Assembly (NCBI RefSeq): GCF_000260965.1
Contig: NC_017856.1
Span: 1,950,001-1,982,000 of the forward strand
DNA: 32,000 nucleotides
Direction of reading: 5' to 3'
Origin: Methylophaga frappieri
GTDB lineage: Bacteria > Pseudomonadota > Gammaproteobacteria > Nitrosococcales > Methylophagaceae
The position numbers and the translations under genes were made by a program. Shown here piece after piece: positions 1 to 9,296 of the stretch (positions are counted from its first letter, which is position 1; every line of letters begins with the position of its first letter). The notes below the pieces were generated by a model. The model did no database searches. It was not told where the DNA came from and saw only the letters and a list, made by a program, of their open reading frames with translations.

Positions 1-891
1 ACACTCGCGTTTCTGGAACAGCGTACGGTGGTGCATCCTGCCTCACAAGCATTAGCAAAAACCCAAAACCGAAACACCGAGAAGAATTTTATTCGCAGCC
101 AGAATATTGCCACGGTTCCTTTTGTGAGTATTTATCAAAAAAGCGACCTCGAAAAAGCATCAGAACATATTCAGTTTCCGGCCATCTTAAAAGTGGCAAC
201 GTTTGGCTACGATGGAAAAGGCCAGATTGTGTGTTCAGATCTTCCTGCTGCCTATGAAGCATTTGAACAACTGGGTCAAAAAGAATGTGTTCTCGAACAG
301 CGGATTGATCTCGCCTGTGAAATTTCCGTCGTGCTGGCGCGAAGTGACGTTGGTACCATCACGCCTTTTCCGGTTGCAGAAAATGTCCATGTGAATGGTA
401 TTTTGCATAGCACAATGGTACCAAGTCATGCTCCGGACGCTTTACAGCAATCGGCCATCGAGAAAGCCAGTCAGATAGCCGAAGGACTCGGTTATGTTGG
501 CACCCTGGCTGTCGAGTTTTTTATCTCTCAACAAGGCGACGTCATTGCCAATGAAATTGCACCCAGACCACATAATTCTGGCCATTACACATTAGATGCC
601 TGTCCAACATCACAGTTTGAGCAACAAGTTCGTATGCTGTGTGGTTTGCCGGCTGGTGACGTCAGTCTACAGTCGCCTGTGGTGATGATTAATCTTCTCG
701 GTGATGTCTGGGGTGATAGCCAGCCCCACTGGTCAGCTGTATTGGAACAACCCAACAGCAAACTTCATTTATATGGCAAAAAGGCAGCACGTCCAGGTCG
801 AAAAATGGGCCACTTTACCGTTCTGGCCAATGATACTGACACTGCCATGCAGCAGGCCGAGACTGTTTTTTCAGCTTTACAGGCTGATTAA
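1..891 (+). CDS. purK: N5-carboxyaminoimidazole ribonucleotide synthase (PurK), 5'-truncated by the window edge
   Basis: Frame 1 is open from base 1 (TLAFLEQRTVVHPA...), so the gene starts upstream of the window. ATP-grasp/PurK-type motifs are present: FPAILKV..GYDGKGQ, LEQRIDLACEISVV, NEIAPRPHNSGH, HLYGKKAARPGRKMGH. Confidence 0.9.
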   Translation, partial: TLAFLEQRTVVHPASQALAKTQNRNTEKNFIRSQNIATVPFVSIYQKSDLEKASEHIQFPAILKVATFGYDGKGQIVCSDLPAAYEAFEQLGQKECVLEQRIDLACEISVVLARSDVGTITPFPVAENVHVNGILHSTMVPSHAPDALQQSAIEKASQIAEGLGYVGTLAVEFFISQQGDVIANEIAPRPHNSGHYTLDACPTSQFEQQVRMLCGLPAGDVSLQSPVVMINLLGDVWGDSQPHWSAVLEQPNSKLHLYGKKAARPGRKMGHFTVLANDTDTAMQQAETVFSALQAD

Positions 892-1169
892 TGGCAACCA
901 TCCAAATCACATACTGCATGCAATGCCGCTGGTTACTTCGTGCAGCCTGGATGGCGCAGGAATTATTGACCACCTTTGATGGCGAAATTGAATCATTAAC
1001 CCTGATCCCGGCCACTGGTGGCGTATTTACGGTAACGGCAACAGAGCAAATCGCTTGGGACCGCAAAACGGAAGGTCGTTTTCCTGATATTACCGAGCTG
1101 AAACAACGCGTGCGCGATATTATCGCTCCCGCACAGGATTTAGGCCACGCCGATCGGAAAACGGATTAG
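891..1169 (+). CDS. Rdx-family (SelW/SelT/SelH-like) thioredoxin-fold protein with CxxC motif
   Basis: 92 aa. Has the N-terminal ITYCMQCRWLLRAAWMAQELLTTF signature (CxxC where selenoproteins carry CxxU), then TGGVF..V and GRFP....LKQRVRD. The ATG overlaps the purK stop (TAATG). Confidence 0.8.
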   Translation: MATIQITYCMQCRWLLRAAWMAQELLTTFDGEIESLTLIPATGGVFTVTATEQIAWDRKTEGRFPDITELKQRVRDIIAPAQDLGHADRKTD

Positions 1170-1266
1170 CTCCTTCGCTTGTATAGAATAACTACGCCAC
1201 GCGATGCCGCCTTGCCGGCCATAAAAATAATCGCCAGCAGTGGTGGATCTCAGAGATGAACAGGCC

Positions 1267-3549
1267 CTAGACAGACTCTACCTTTTCACTAAAACCACAG
1301 TCTTTTTGTGGGCAGACCTTTTCAGTCCCTTTGCTCTTTGTTGTCTTTAAGGTCAGGATGGGCCATTCACAGTTTGGACACGCCTCATTCAGCGGCTCGT
1401 TCCATAGCGCATAGTCACATTTTGGGTATTCCGAACAAGAGTAAAACACTTTGCCGCGCCGGGATTTACGCGTCAGGATTTCGCCTTTCTTACATTGCGG
1501 GCAATCAACCCCGGTGTTAGTCGGCTGCTCCAGAGACTCAATATGCTTACATTTTGGATAACTGCTGCAACCAATAAATTTGCCATAGCGGCCGGTTCGG
1601 AAGATTAAATCCGAATCACATTTCGGACATTGACGACCTTCGACCTTCTCGGGCTCGCTGGCTGTCGTTTCTTCTCCATCCATGTTTCGGGTGTAATCAC
1701 AATCCGGATAACCGGTACAGCCGATAAAGCGGCCACTCCGACCCAGACGACTGGATAGCTGCTTACCACACTTTGGACAGTTTTCGTCCAGCAGCTCCTG
1801 CGTGACGTCACTGCGTTGGACTGATTTATCCTTGGTTTCAACCTGACTTTTGAACGGCCCCCAAAAGCTACGCAGCAGCGGGATCCACTCTTCTTCGCCG
1901 CGAGAGACGGCGTCAAGTTCATCTTCAAGTTTGGCGGTAAAACTGTAATCCACGTAGCGGGTAAAGTGATCGACCAGAAACTTACCCACAACCCGTCCGA
2001 CATCAGTCGGGTGAAACCGCTTGTTGATGAGTTCGACATACTCACGCTGTAATAAGGTCGAGATAATACTGGCATAGGTTGAGGGGCGACCAATATCATG
2101 CTCTTCTAAACTCCGAACAAGACTCGCTTCACTGTAGCGGGGTGGTGGCTCAGTGAAATGCTGTTCTGGGCGAATTTTGTCTAGGCTGACTACCTCACCT
2201 TTCTCCATTGCTGGCAGCAGATTCTCGTCTTTATCCGCTTTTTTGTCGTCCTGACCTTCCAGGTAAACTTGCATAAAGCCAGGATTAACAACCGTCGAGC
2301 CGTTGGCACGGAAAGTATTACCCTGCCCACACCCCAAGTCCACCGCAACAGTATTAAGCGTCGCATGAATCATTTGACTGGCGACCGTACGTTGCCAAAC
2401 CAAGGTATAGAGCTTCAACTGATCCACCGACAAATACGCTTTCATTTCTTCAGGTGTTCGTAAAGCGGAAGTCGGCCGAATGGCTTCGTGCGCCTCTTGC
2501 GCATTTTTTGATTTGGTTTTGTATTCTTGAGGCTTTGCCGGGACGGCTTTGGCACCATAGCGTTCACTTATCAGTTCACGCACTTCTGAGACCGCTTCGG
2601 CCGCCAATGTGACTGAGTCTGTACGCATGTAGGTTATTAGACCTACCGCGCCCTCACCAGTGTCGACACCCTCATATAGCTGCTGTGCAACACTCATCGT
2701 TCGCTGTGCGCCAAAGCCGAGTTTACGGGACGCTTCCTGTTGTAATGTGGAGGTGGTAAAGGGCGCTGCCGGGTTACGTTTACGCTGTTTTTTCTCAACA
2801 TTAGTAACCAGTAGCTTGCCATCAGCTGCTTGATTTAACTTACTGACAACGGACTCTGCCTGCTCGGTATTATCAATGCTGAATTGCGATAATTTCTCAC
2901 CTTGATAATGCGTCAGCTTGGCTTGAAATGCGGAACCACTCGTCTGAGCATCGGCTTCAATCGTCCAATATTCTTGTGCCTTGAAAGCTTCAATTTCCAG
3001 CTCTCGCTCAACAATCATGCGCAGTGCCGGACTTTGCACCCGACCTGCTGATAAGCCGCGTCGGACTTTCTTCCACAACAGGGGGGACAAGGTAAATCCA
3101 ACTAAATAATCTAACGCCCTTCTGGCCTGCTGCGCATTAACCAAATCCATCGATAGCTCGCGCGGATTGGCAACGGCATCGTTGACCGCTTGCTTGGTTA
3201 TTTCATGAAAAACAACTCGGTGTGTGGTTTTGTCTTTGAGTGCCCCTTTCTTCTTGAGCAGCTCATACAAGTGCCAGGAAATGGCCTCTCCTTCACGATC
3301 AGGATCCGTCGCCAAGTAGAGAGAATCGGCTTTTTTCAACGCTTTGGCAATGGCATCAACATGCTTGCTATTCCGGTCAATCACCTGGTATTTCATGGCG
3401 AAATCATTTTCTGGATCGACCGCCCCTTCTTTTGGAAGCAAGTCACGAACATGGCCATAGGAAGCCAGGACCTCGACATTGTTGCCCAGGTATTTTTTGA
3501 TGGTCTTGGCCTTGGCAGGCGACTCGACAATAACCAGTTTATTTCCCAT
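1267..3549 (-). CDS. topA: DNA topoisomerase I
   Basis: 760 aa. Toprim N-terminus MGNKLVIVESPAKAKTI and DPDREGE. Active-site tyrosine context GLITYMRTDS. Four C-terminal Cys4 zinc-ribbon repeats (CPKCGK..C..YPDC, CPKCDS..C..YPKC, CPQCKK..C..YPKC, CPNCEW..CPQKDC). Confidence 0.97.
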   Translation of the reverse strand: MGNKLVIVESPAKAKTIKKYLGNNVEVLASYGHVRDLLPKEGAVDPENDFAMKYQVIDRNSKHVDAIAKALKKADSLYLATDPDREGEAISWHLYELLKKKGALKDKTTHRVVFHEITKQAVNDAVANPRELSMDLVNAQQARRALDYLVGFTLSPLLWKKVRRGLSAGRVQSPALRMIVERELEIEAFKAQEYWTIEADAQTSGSAFQAKLTHYQGEKLSQFSIDNTEQAESVVSKLNQAADGKLLVTNVEKKQRKRNPAAPFTTSTLQQEASRKLGFGAQRTMSVAQQLYEGVDTGEGAVGLITYMRTDSVTLAAEAVSEVRELISERYGAKAVPAKPQEYKTKSKNAQEAHEAIRPTSALRTPEEMKAYLSVDQLKLYTLVWQRTVASQMIHATLNTVAVDLGCGQGNTFRANGSTVVNPGFMQVYLEGQDDKKADKDENLLPAMEKGEVVSLDKIRPEQHFTEPPPRYSEASLVRSLEEHDIGRPSTYASIISTLLQREYVELINKRFHPTDVGRVVGKFLVDHFTRYVDYSFTAKLEDELDAVSRGEEEWIPLLRSFWGPFKSQVETKDKSVQRSDVTQELLDENCPKCGKQLSSRLGRSGRFIGCTGYPDCDYTRNMDGEETTASEPEKVEGRQCPKCDSDLIFRTGRYGKFIGCSSYPKCKHIESLEQPTNTGVDCPQCKKGEILTRKSRRGKVFYSCSEYPKCDYALWNEPLNEACPNCEWPILTLKTTKSKGTEKVCPQKDCGFSEKVESV

Positions 3550-3574
3550 AGATTCCCGTATCAGTTCCTTTCCA

Positions 3575-3607
3575 CTTAAAATGACAAGGCCCGTAAAAAC
3601 GGGCCTT
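3575..3607 (-). terminator. Putative rho-independent terminator (or 5'-UTR hairpin) between smg and topA
   Basis: 8-bp stem AAGGCCCG / CGGGCCTT (3586-3593 / 3600-3607) with a 6-nt loop. On the minus strand it is followed by GTCATTTTAAG. It lies 25 nt after the smg stop and only about 36 nt before the topA ATG. Confidence 0.45.
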
Positions 3608-3631
3608 TATGCGGAAGTTTTACCGGCGATC

Positions 3632-4099
3632 TCAATGCACGACCGCTTCCATATCCTCAAATACCAGATCTTCCATCCAAGCGTACGCGACTTCTCGACC
3701 CGGTTGATAAAAAAGCACCATTAGAACAACCCACTTTAGTTGTTCCAGATCTACCTCTTCACTCTCCAGCGCCAGCACCCGTTCAATGACGACTTCACGC
3801 GTTTCGACATCCAAAACACCGACCTGTTCCAAAAATAACAGATAACCTCGGCATTGTACGTCAAGCTTTTCAATCTCGTTGTCATTAAAAACACGAATAG
3901 AAACGGCAGACGTATCAACCTGAGGCGCGACGACCGTCATGGTGTCAAGCCAGTTAAGGGCTTTATTAATTTCCAGTTCATGAAATCCGACACGCTCTAG
4001 CTCTAATTCCAGGGTGTCTTTGTCAGGTTGGTGACTGTTTTCTGTGTCAATGTAATTCTCAAAAAGATACAACAACACATCAATGACATTTTCTTTCAT
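3632..4099 (-). CDS. smg: Smg protein (DUF494 family)
   Basis: From ATG 4099 the product begins MKENVIDVLLYLFENY, the typical Smg N-terminus. The ORF-track start at 4168 would add 23 unrelated residues and overlap the dprA 3' end. Position after dprA and before topA is the conserved one. Confidence 0.85.
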   Translation of the reverse strand: MKENVIDVLLYLFENYIDTENSHQPDKDTLELELERVGFHELEINKALNWLDTMTVVAPQVDTSAVSIRVFNDNEIEKLDVQCRGYLLFLEQVGVLDVETREVVIERVLALESEEVDLEQLKWVVLMVLFYQPGREVAYAWMEDLVFEDMEAVVH

Positions 4100-4121
4100 T
4101 GGCTTCTCTATGTAGGGCCAT

Positions 4122-5198
4122 TCAAGCGCCAGTACGTTGATATTTGCCTCCCGGCAACGAACTGACACGACCTTGGAGCTCCAGTAGTAACAGCATGGAT
4201 GAAACCGCCTCAGCCGTCAATCCACTGCGTGCCACCAGCATATCAATGGAGATGGGGTCAAAGCCCAAATGTTCAAATAGCATCTGATATTCATCGTCAG
4301 TTTCGACCGCATTCGCCATGTCCGCCGATCGCGTCTCAACGGGGGACTGTTGCGCAAATTCTGCGATCGCACCAAGTTCATCCAAAATATCGGTTGCGGT
4401 CTCAACCAACTTTGCCCCCTCCCGAATCAACTGGTGACAGCCTCTTGCAAGGGGATTGTGAATGGACCCCGGTATCGCAAAAACCTCTCGACCTTGTTCC
4501 ATCGCCATTCTGGCTGTAATAAGCGATCCACTTCTGACAGCTGCCTCAACTATCAATGTGCCTAATGACAGACCACTGATGAGACGATTACGACGCGGAA
4601 AGTTTTCTGCGCGCGGCGGTGTTCCGGGAGGAAACTCAGAAATAATGGCGCCCTGGGCTGCGATTTGATGCGCAAGATCCCGGTTTTTTGCTGGATAAAC
4701 GCGATCCAGCCCCGTACCAACTACCGCAATGGTTTTGCCTGCTGCGGCTAACGCGCCTTGGTGCGCTGCAGCATCAATGCCATCAGCCAAGCCACTGCAT
4801 ATATGTAGGCCGCCACCAGCCAAATAACGCGCAAACTCAAACGCATTGTCGCGACCACCTGCGCTGGGGTGACGACTGCCAACAATGGCCAACTGCCAAT
4901 CCTGCAAACAGGAAACCTCACCCTGAACAAACAACAAAGGCGGCGGATCCGCTATTTCTCGCAGCAACGTCGGATAGCGGTCATCATCAAGGGTAACAAT
5001 ATGCCGATCTGGTTTATCAAGCCATTGCAAATCCTCGACCACTTGTTGCCAATCGGGGTGAAGCAATGCATCACGAAGCTCTGTATTAATACCAACCAAT
5101 TGCGTTGGCTGACCAAAAATCGCCATAGGGTCTGGCATTTGATCAAGCAGTTTGGCGAAGGTAGCAGGGCCAACGCCTTTAGTACGTATCAAAGCCAA
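4122..5198 (-). CDS. dprA: DNA-processing protein DprA (Smf)
   Basis: DprA Rossmann-like core: IVGSRHPS, GLADGIDAAAHQGAL, TIAVVGTGLDRVYP, ISEFPPGT.P...NFPRRNRLISGLS.G.LIVEA...SGSLITAR.A.EQGREVFAIPG. C-terminal winged-helix-like tail. The start is TTG at 5198; the frame stays open upstream (see findings). Confidence 0.92.
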   Translation of the reverse strand: MALIRTKGVGPATFAKLLDQMPDPMAIFGQPTQLVGINTELRDALLHPDWQQVVEDLQWLDKPDRHIVTLDDDRYPTLLREIADPPPLLFVQGEVSCLQDWQLAIVGSRHPSAGGRDNAFEFARYLAGGGLHICSGLADGIDAAAHQGALAAAGKTIAVVGTGLDRVYPAKNRDLAHQIAAQGAIISEFPPGTPPRAENFPRRNRLISGLSLGTLIVEAAVRSGSLITARMAMEQGREVFAIPGSIHNPLARGCHQLIREGAKLVETATDILDELGAIAEFAQQSPVETRSADMANAVETDDEYQMLFEHLGFDPISIDMLVARSGLTAEAVSSMLLLLELQGRVSSLPGGKYQRTGA

Positions 5199-5250
5199 TA
5201 ACGCAGCTAGCCGCTGCTGCGTGACGGGAAAATCATCAAGAGTCAGAATA

Positions 5251-6282
5251 TTACTCCGCCGATTTCACCTTGTCATACAAATTAATTGCTGTGGTGGCTT
5301 TCATCACAATTGCGTAACTGACCTTGTCAAACAGTCGAAAAATCAACGCTTCACCCGCATGCTCGTCGGGCAAGGTAACTTTATCAAACCGATCAGACGT
5401 GACTTGATCCCGTACGGTTTCTCCCGCTTTGAAAAGCGACACAACGTGGCCCGGCTCCAGGCCATCTCTTAGTCCCAGATTAAGCACCACAATTTGATAT
5501 TGTCCAACCTGAGAAACACCATCAAAAACCGAAATAATCCGACCATTTACCCTCATCTCAGGGGATCGTGGAAAGAAATTCATTTCAAAGTCATCGATCT
5601 CACTTTCCAGTAACCGATCGCCCACTTGGACTTCCCGGTTGGTATAAGTCAGGTCGACGGTTGCCGGATCACCGGTTTGTCTAATTGTCGCATCACCGGT
5701 ATAAATAGCCTCATAGCCAAGCAATTCTCCCGAATCCGGATCCAGATACTTTTTACCGCCCCGAAAAACACTGTAATTATCTCCCACATCACTGGTAACA
5801 CCCCGTGCATAGACCTGATCGCCCGTACCGGATATCAGTCGCTCATCGGCACTGGCCACAATATAAGGTGCCTGATCTAACACCTCGGCCCCGACCACTT
5901 TGGGTTTACTCAAAAAAGGGCCAATATCCGACATGGAAATGGTCGGTATCGGCTTTTCCAGTATTAACTCTCTGGCTTCCGGGGATAGCTTGAATGTCTG
6001 TTTGCCACGATTAAGCTGAAGTACTGGCCGACCATCTCGGTAAACCAGGGTTAATTCGTCACCGGGATAAATCAAATGTGGGTTTTCAACTTGGGGATTG
6101 ACCTGCCATATCTCCGGCCAATGCCATGGATATTGAAGAAACATGCCCGAAATATCCCAGAGCGTATCGCCTTTTTTCACGACATATCTATCTGGGTGGT
6201 CTGGATTCAAAGCGACTTGATTAGCCCATAATGGGAGACTTAAAAAAGCAACCAGAATCGTCAGGCAAAAACGACGTATCAT
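5251..6282 (-). CDS. LysM peptidoglycan-binding protein, TsaP-like
   Basis: ATG 6282 has GAGGA 7 nt upstream and gives the signal peptide MIRRFCLTILVAFLSLPLWA. LysM motif: YVVKKGDTLWDISGMFLQYPWHWPEIWQVNPQVENPHLIYPGDELTL. Sits in the conserved position beside dprA and divergent from def, as for Neisseria TsaP-type proteins (from memory). Confidence 0.8.
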   Translation of the reverse strand: MIRRFCLTILVAFLSLPLWANQVALNPDHPDRYVVKKGDTLWDISGMFLQYPWHWPEIWQVNPQVENPHLIYPGDELTLVYRDGRPVLQLNRGKQTFKLSPEARELILEKPIPTISMSDIGPFLSKPKVVGAEVLDQAPYIVASADERLISGTGDQVYARGVTSDVGDNYSVFRGGKKYLDPDSGELLGYEAIYTGDATIRQTGDPATVDLTYTNREVQVGDRLLESEIDDFEMNFFPRSPEMRVNGRIISVFDGVSQVGQYQIVVLNLGLRDGLEPGHVVSLFKAGETVRDQVTSDRFDKVTLPDEHAGEALIFRLFDKVSYAIVMKATTAINLYDKVKSAE

Positions 6283-6431
6283 CGATATATCCTCATGAGT
6301 ACAGGATGGTTGTCCCAATCCCTGAAATTCAACTAGCAACCTGAAATAATAGTGTGGAATAAACCACCCGATGAAACAAGTGCAGCCCAGTACAATAAAG
6401 CTTATACACCAGCCAGTAGGATGTTTCCAAA

Positions 6432-6459
6432 TTCACAGCCACCAGCATGACCTTATAAT
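6432..6459 (+). promoter_or_regulatory. Candidate sigma-70 promoter for def-fmt-rsmB
   Basis: -35 TTCACA (6432-6437), 16-nt spacer, -10 TATAAT (6454-6459), about 95 nt upstream of the def ATG in an AT-rich divergent intergenic region. Sequence match only. Confidence 0.35.
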
Positions 6460-6553
6460 ATAAAGATTTTTCAAGGATTCCAGTCCGTTTTACAATACAC
6501 TGGATAGCAAAAACAGATACAAAGCGTTAATGCATTAAAGGTAATTGAAATTT

Positions 6554-7057
6554 ATGACCATTTTAAACATCTTGCATTATCCCGACCCGCGCCTGCGAAA
6601 CAAGGCGCAGCCCGTTGAGAGCGTAAACAATGACGTCCGGCAACTGGCCGAGGATATGCTCGAAACCATGTATGATGCGCCAGGCATTGGTCTGGCAGCG
6701 ATTCAAGTTGATATTCCGCTACGTGTCATCGTAATCGATATTTCTGAAGATAAATCTGCGCCCATGATTCTCATCAATCCGGAAATTCTCGAAAAAAACG
6801 GTCAACGCGACTTTCAGGAAGGCTGCCTGTCCGTACCTGAAGCTTATGAAACCGTCACTCGCGCCGATACGATTCGGTTTCAGGCACTGGATCTTGACGG
6901 TAACCCGTATGAACAGGATGCTGAAGGACTGCTGGCAACCTGTATTCAACATGAAATTGATCATTTGGATGGCAAACTGTTCGTTGATTACCTCAGTAAT
7001 CTCAAACGAGAGCGTATTCGCAAGAAAATTGAAAAACACACCAAACAGAAACTATAA
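6554..7057 (+). CDS. def: Peptide deformylase
   Basis: The three deformylase motifs are present: [26 protein letters not shown] 6554 ([14 protein letters not shown]) is preferred over TTG 6545 because the AAAGG Shine-Dalgarno is too close to 6545. Confidence 0.96.
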   Translation: MTILNILHYPDPRLRNKAQPVESVNNDVRQLAEDMLETMYDAPGIGLAAIQVDIPLRVIVIDISEDKSAPMILINPEILEKNGQRDFQEGCLSVPEAYETVTRADTIRFQALDLDGNPYEQDAEGLLATCIQHEIDHLDGKLFVDYLSNLKRERIRKKIEKHTKQKL

Positions 7058-7066
7058 GAACTCGTT

Positions 7067-7996
7067 ATGCGCATCCTATTTGCCGGCACCCCAGAATTTG
7101 CCGCCACAACCCTATCTGCCCTGATCACATCCGAACACGAAATCGTTGCCGTTTATACCCAGCCAGATCGGCCTGCAGGCAGAGGCAGAAAGTTAACTGC
7201 CAGTCCGGTAAAAACCTTGGCGCAACAACATAACCTTACCGTCGAACAACCGGTAACGCTGCGCAATACTGAAGCACAGCAAAAACTCGCCGATTATCAG
7301 GCCGAGGTAATGATCGTTGTCGCTTATGGTCTGATTTTGCCCCAAACCGTATTGGATACACCGACTGCCGGATGTTTGAATATTCATGCTTCGCTATTGC
7401 CACGCTGGCGAGGTGCAGCCCCGATTCAACGTGCCATTCTCGCTGGTGATACTCAGACTGGTGTGTGTATTATGCAAATGGCCGCCGGCCTGGATACAGG
7501 GCCGGTATTAAGTCAAGTCACGCTAGCCATCGACAATGAAGAGACCGCACAAACGTTGCATGACCGACTTGCTGAAGCAGGGGCCACATTACTCATGCAA
7601 ACCTTGGCAACCCTCGATGACTGCCAACAGGCAGCAACTGAGCAAGCTGATGAATTCAGCTGCTATGCAGAAAAGTTACACAAATCTGAGGCCATCATTG
7701 ATTGGCATCAATCCGCTGAACAGATTGACCGACAAATTAGAGCCTTCAATCCTTGGCCCGTCGCGCAAACCCTGTGGCGTGAATCATTATTACGCATCTG
7801 GCGGGCGACGCCACTTGCTGAAACCAGTTCTGCCTTGCCTGGCACCCTTATTCGCATTGAGCGTGATGCTTTGATCGTGGCGACCGGCGAAGGCTGCTTG
7901 CAAATCACGGAAATTCAGCGCGCCGGCAAACGCCGTATGCGCATCAGCGATCTGCTGAATGCACAAACTCTTAACGAAGGCGATCAGTTTGGTTAA
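7067..7996 (+). CDS. fmt: Methionyl-tRNA formyltransferase
   Basis: MRILFAGTPEFA N-terminus, QPDRPAGRG, HASLLPRWRGAAPIQRAI motif, and a C-terminal tRNA-binding domain. Lies 9 nt after def. Confidence 0.96.
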   Translation: MRILFAGTPEFAATTLSALITSEHEIVAVYTQPDRPAGRGRKLTASPVKTLAQQHNLTVEQPVTLRNTEAQQKLADYQAEVMIVVAYGLILPQTVLDTPTAGCLNIHASLLPRWRGAAPIQRAILAGDTQTGVCIMQMAAGLDTGPVLSQVTLAIDNEETAQTLHDRLAEAGATLLMQTLATLDDCQQAATEQADEFSCYAEKLHKSEAIIDWHQSAEQIDRQIRAFNPWPVAQTLWRESLLRIWRATPLAETSSALPGTLIRIERDALIVATGEGCLQITEIQRAGKRRMRISDLLNAQTLNEGDQFG

Positions 7997-9296
7997 AAAA
8001 CATTCTGACCCTCGTGCTGCCGCTGCATTGGCTCTAACCGCTGTGATCAAGCACCACCGATCTCTCAATGCCGTTTTACCAGAAACGGCATCCAGCCTAG
8101 CAGCAACACAACAGGCACTTTGCCAGCAGCTCATTTACGGCACTTTGCGTCATTACTATTCACTGAGTGGCTTGGCTGAAAAGCTACTGCAAAAGCCACT
8201 CAAAGCCAAAGACCAAGACCTTCATCAACTGTTACTGATTGGACTTTATCAGCTCAGAGAAATGCGTAAACCCGTCCATGCCAGTATCTCCGAGACCGTC
8301 AATGCCACAAAGGCCTTGACCAAACCCTGGGCTAAAGGACTGATTAATGCCTGTTTGCGGGAATACCAGCGTCACCGCGATACCTTTGATCAGGCCTTAA
8401 CACAAACACCGACCGGCCTACATGAGCATCCTGACTGGCTGGTCACGCAAGTCCGTCATGATTGGCCAGAAGACTGGCAGTCTATTCTTGAGGCTAACAA
8501 TCAACACGCTCCCATGTTTCTCAGGGTCAACCTGCAGCGCTGCTCACGTCAGCAGTATTTGGACTTATTGCATCAGGATAATCGGCAAGCGGAGCCTCTA
8601 GCTAATTGCGCGGCAGGAATCAGGCTATCGCAACCCTGTGATGTGAGGTTGCTGCCCAACTTTGATGCTGGCTGGGTATCCGTGCAAGATGGTGCGGCTC
8701 AACAGGTGATCGAATTGCTGGATCTGCACGTCGGTCATGTTGTACTCGATGCCTGTGCCGCACCGGGCGGTAAAACCGCGCACATGCTGGAACACCAGCC
8801 GGAAATTGACTTATTAGCGCTGGACATTGAATCAACCCGATTACAACGGGTTGATGACTCGCTAAAACGATTAGGATTAACGGCCAAAACCCTTACTGCC
8901 GATGCCGCAAGCCCGGAAGCTTGGTGGCATGGCAATGCATTTGATCGTATTCTCATTGATGCGCCCTGCACCGGTAGCGGGGTTATCCGACGCCATCCTG
9001 ATATAAAATTTTTGAGAAAACCTGCTGATATCCCATCATTGGCTGCACAACAGGCGTACCTGCTGGATAAGCTATGGCCTTTGCTCAAACGTGGCGGCCG
9101 GATGGTTTACACTACTTGCTCAATCTTCACGGCGGAAAATGCCCATCAGATCGAGGCGTTTTTAGCACGACATCCTGATGCATCACTGATCAAAGCGGAT
9201 CAGCCCCCCGGCCGTGAAACCCCGTTTGGCTATCAACGCTTGCCCGGAGATGACGCCTTTGATGGATTCTTTTATGCCTGCTTACAGCGTAGTTAA
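7959..9296 (+). CDS. rsmB: 16S rRNA (cytosine967-C5)-methyltransferase RsmB
   Basis: NusB-like N-domain, SAM site LDACAAPGGKT, and catalytic Cys motifs DAPCTGSGVIRRHPD and YTTCS. Start is uncertain: ATG 7959 overlaps fmt by 38 nt. TTG 7989 has a GAAGG Shine-Dalgarno 8 nt upstream and may be the true start. Confidence 0.93.
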   Translation: MHKLLTKAISLVKKHSDPRAAAALALTAVIKHHRSLNAVLPETASSLAATQQALCQQLIYGTLRHYYSLSGLAEKLLQKPLKAKDQDLHQLLLIGLYQLREMRKPVHASISETVNATKALTKPWAKGLINACLREYQRHRDTFDQALTQTPTGLHEHPDWLVTQVRHDWPEDWQSILEANNQHAPMFLRVNLQRCSRQQYLDLLHQDNRQAEPLANCAAGIRLSQPCDVRLLPNFDAGWVSVQDGAAQQVIELLDLHVGHVVLDACAAPGGKTAHMLEHQPEIDLLALDIESTRLQRVDDSLKRLGLTAKTLTADAASPEAWWHGNAFDRILIDAPCTGSGVIRRHPDIKFLRKPADIPSLAAQQAYLLDKLWPLLKRGGRMVYTTCSIFTAENAHQIEAFLARHPDASLIKADQPPGRETPFGYQRLPGDDAFDGFFYACLQRS

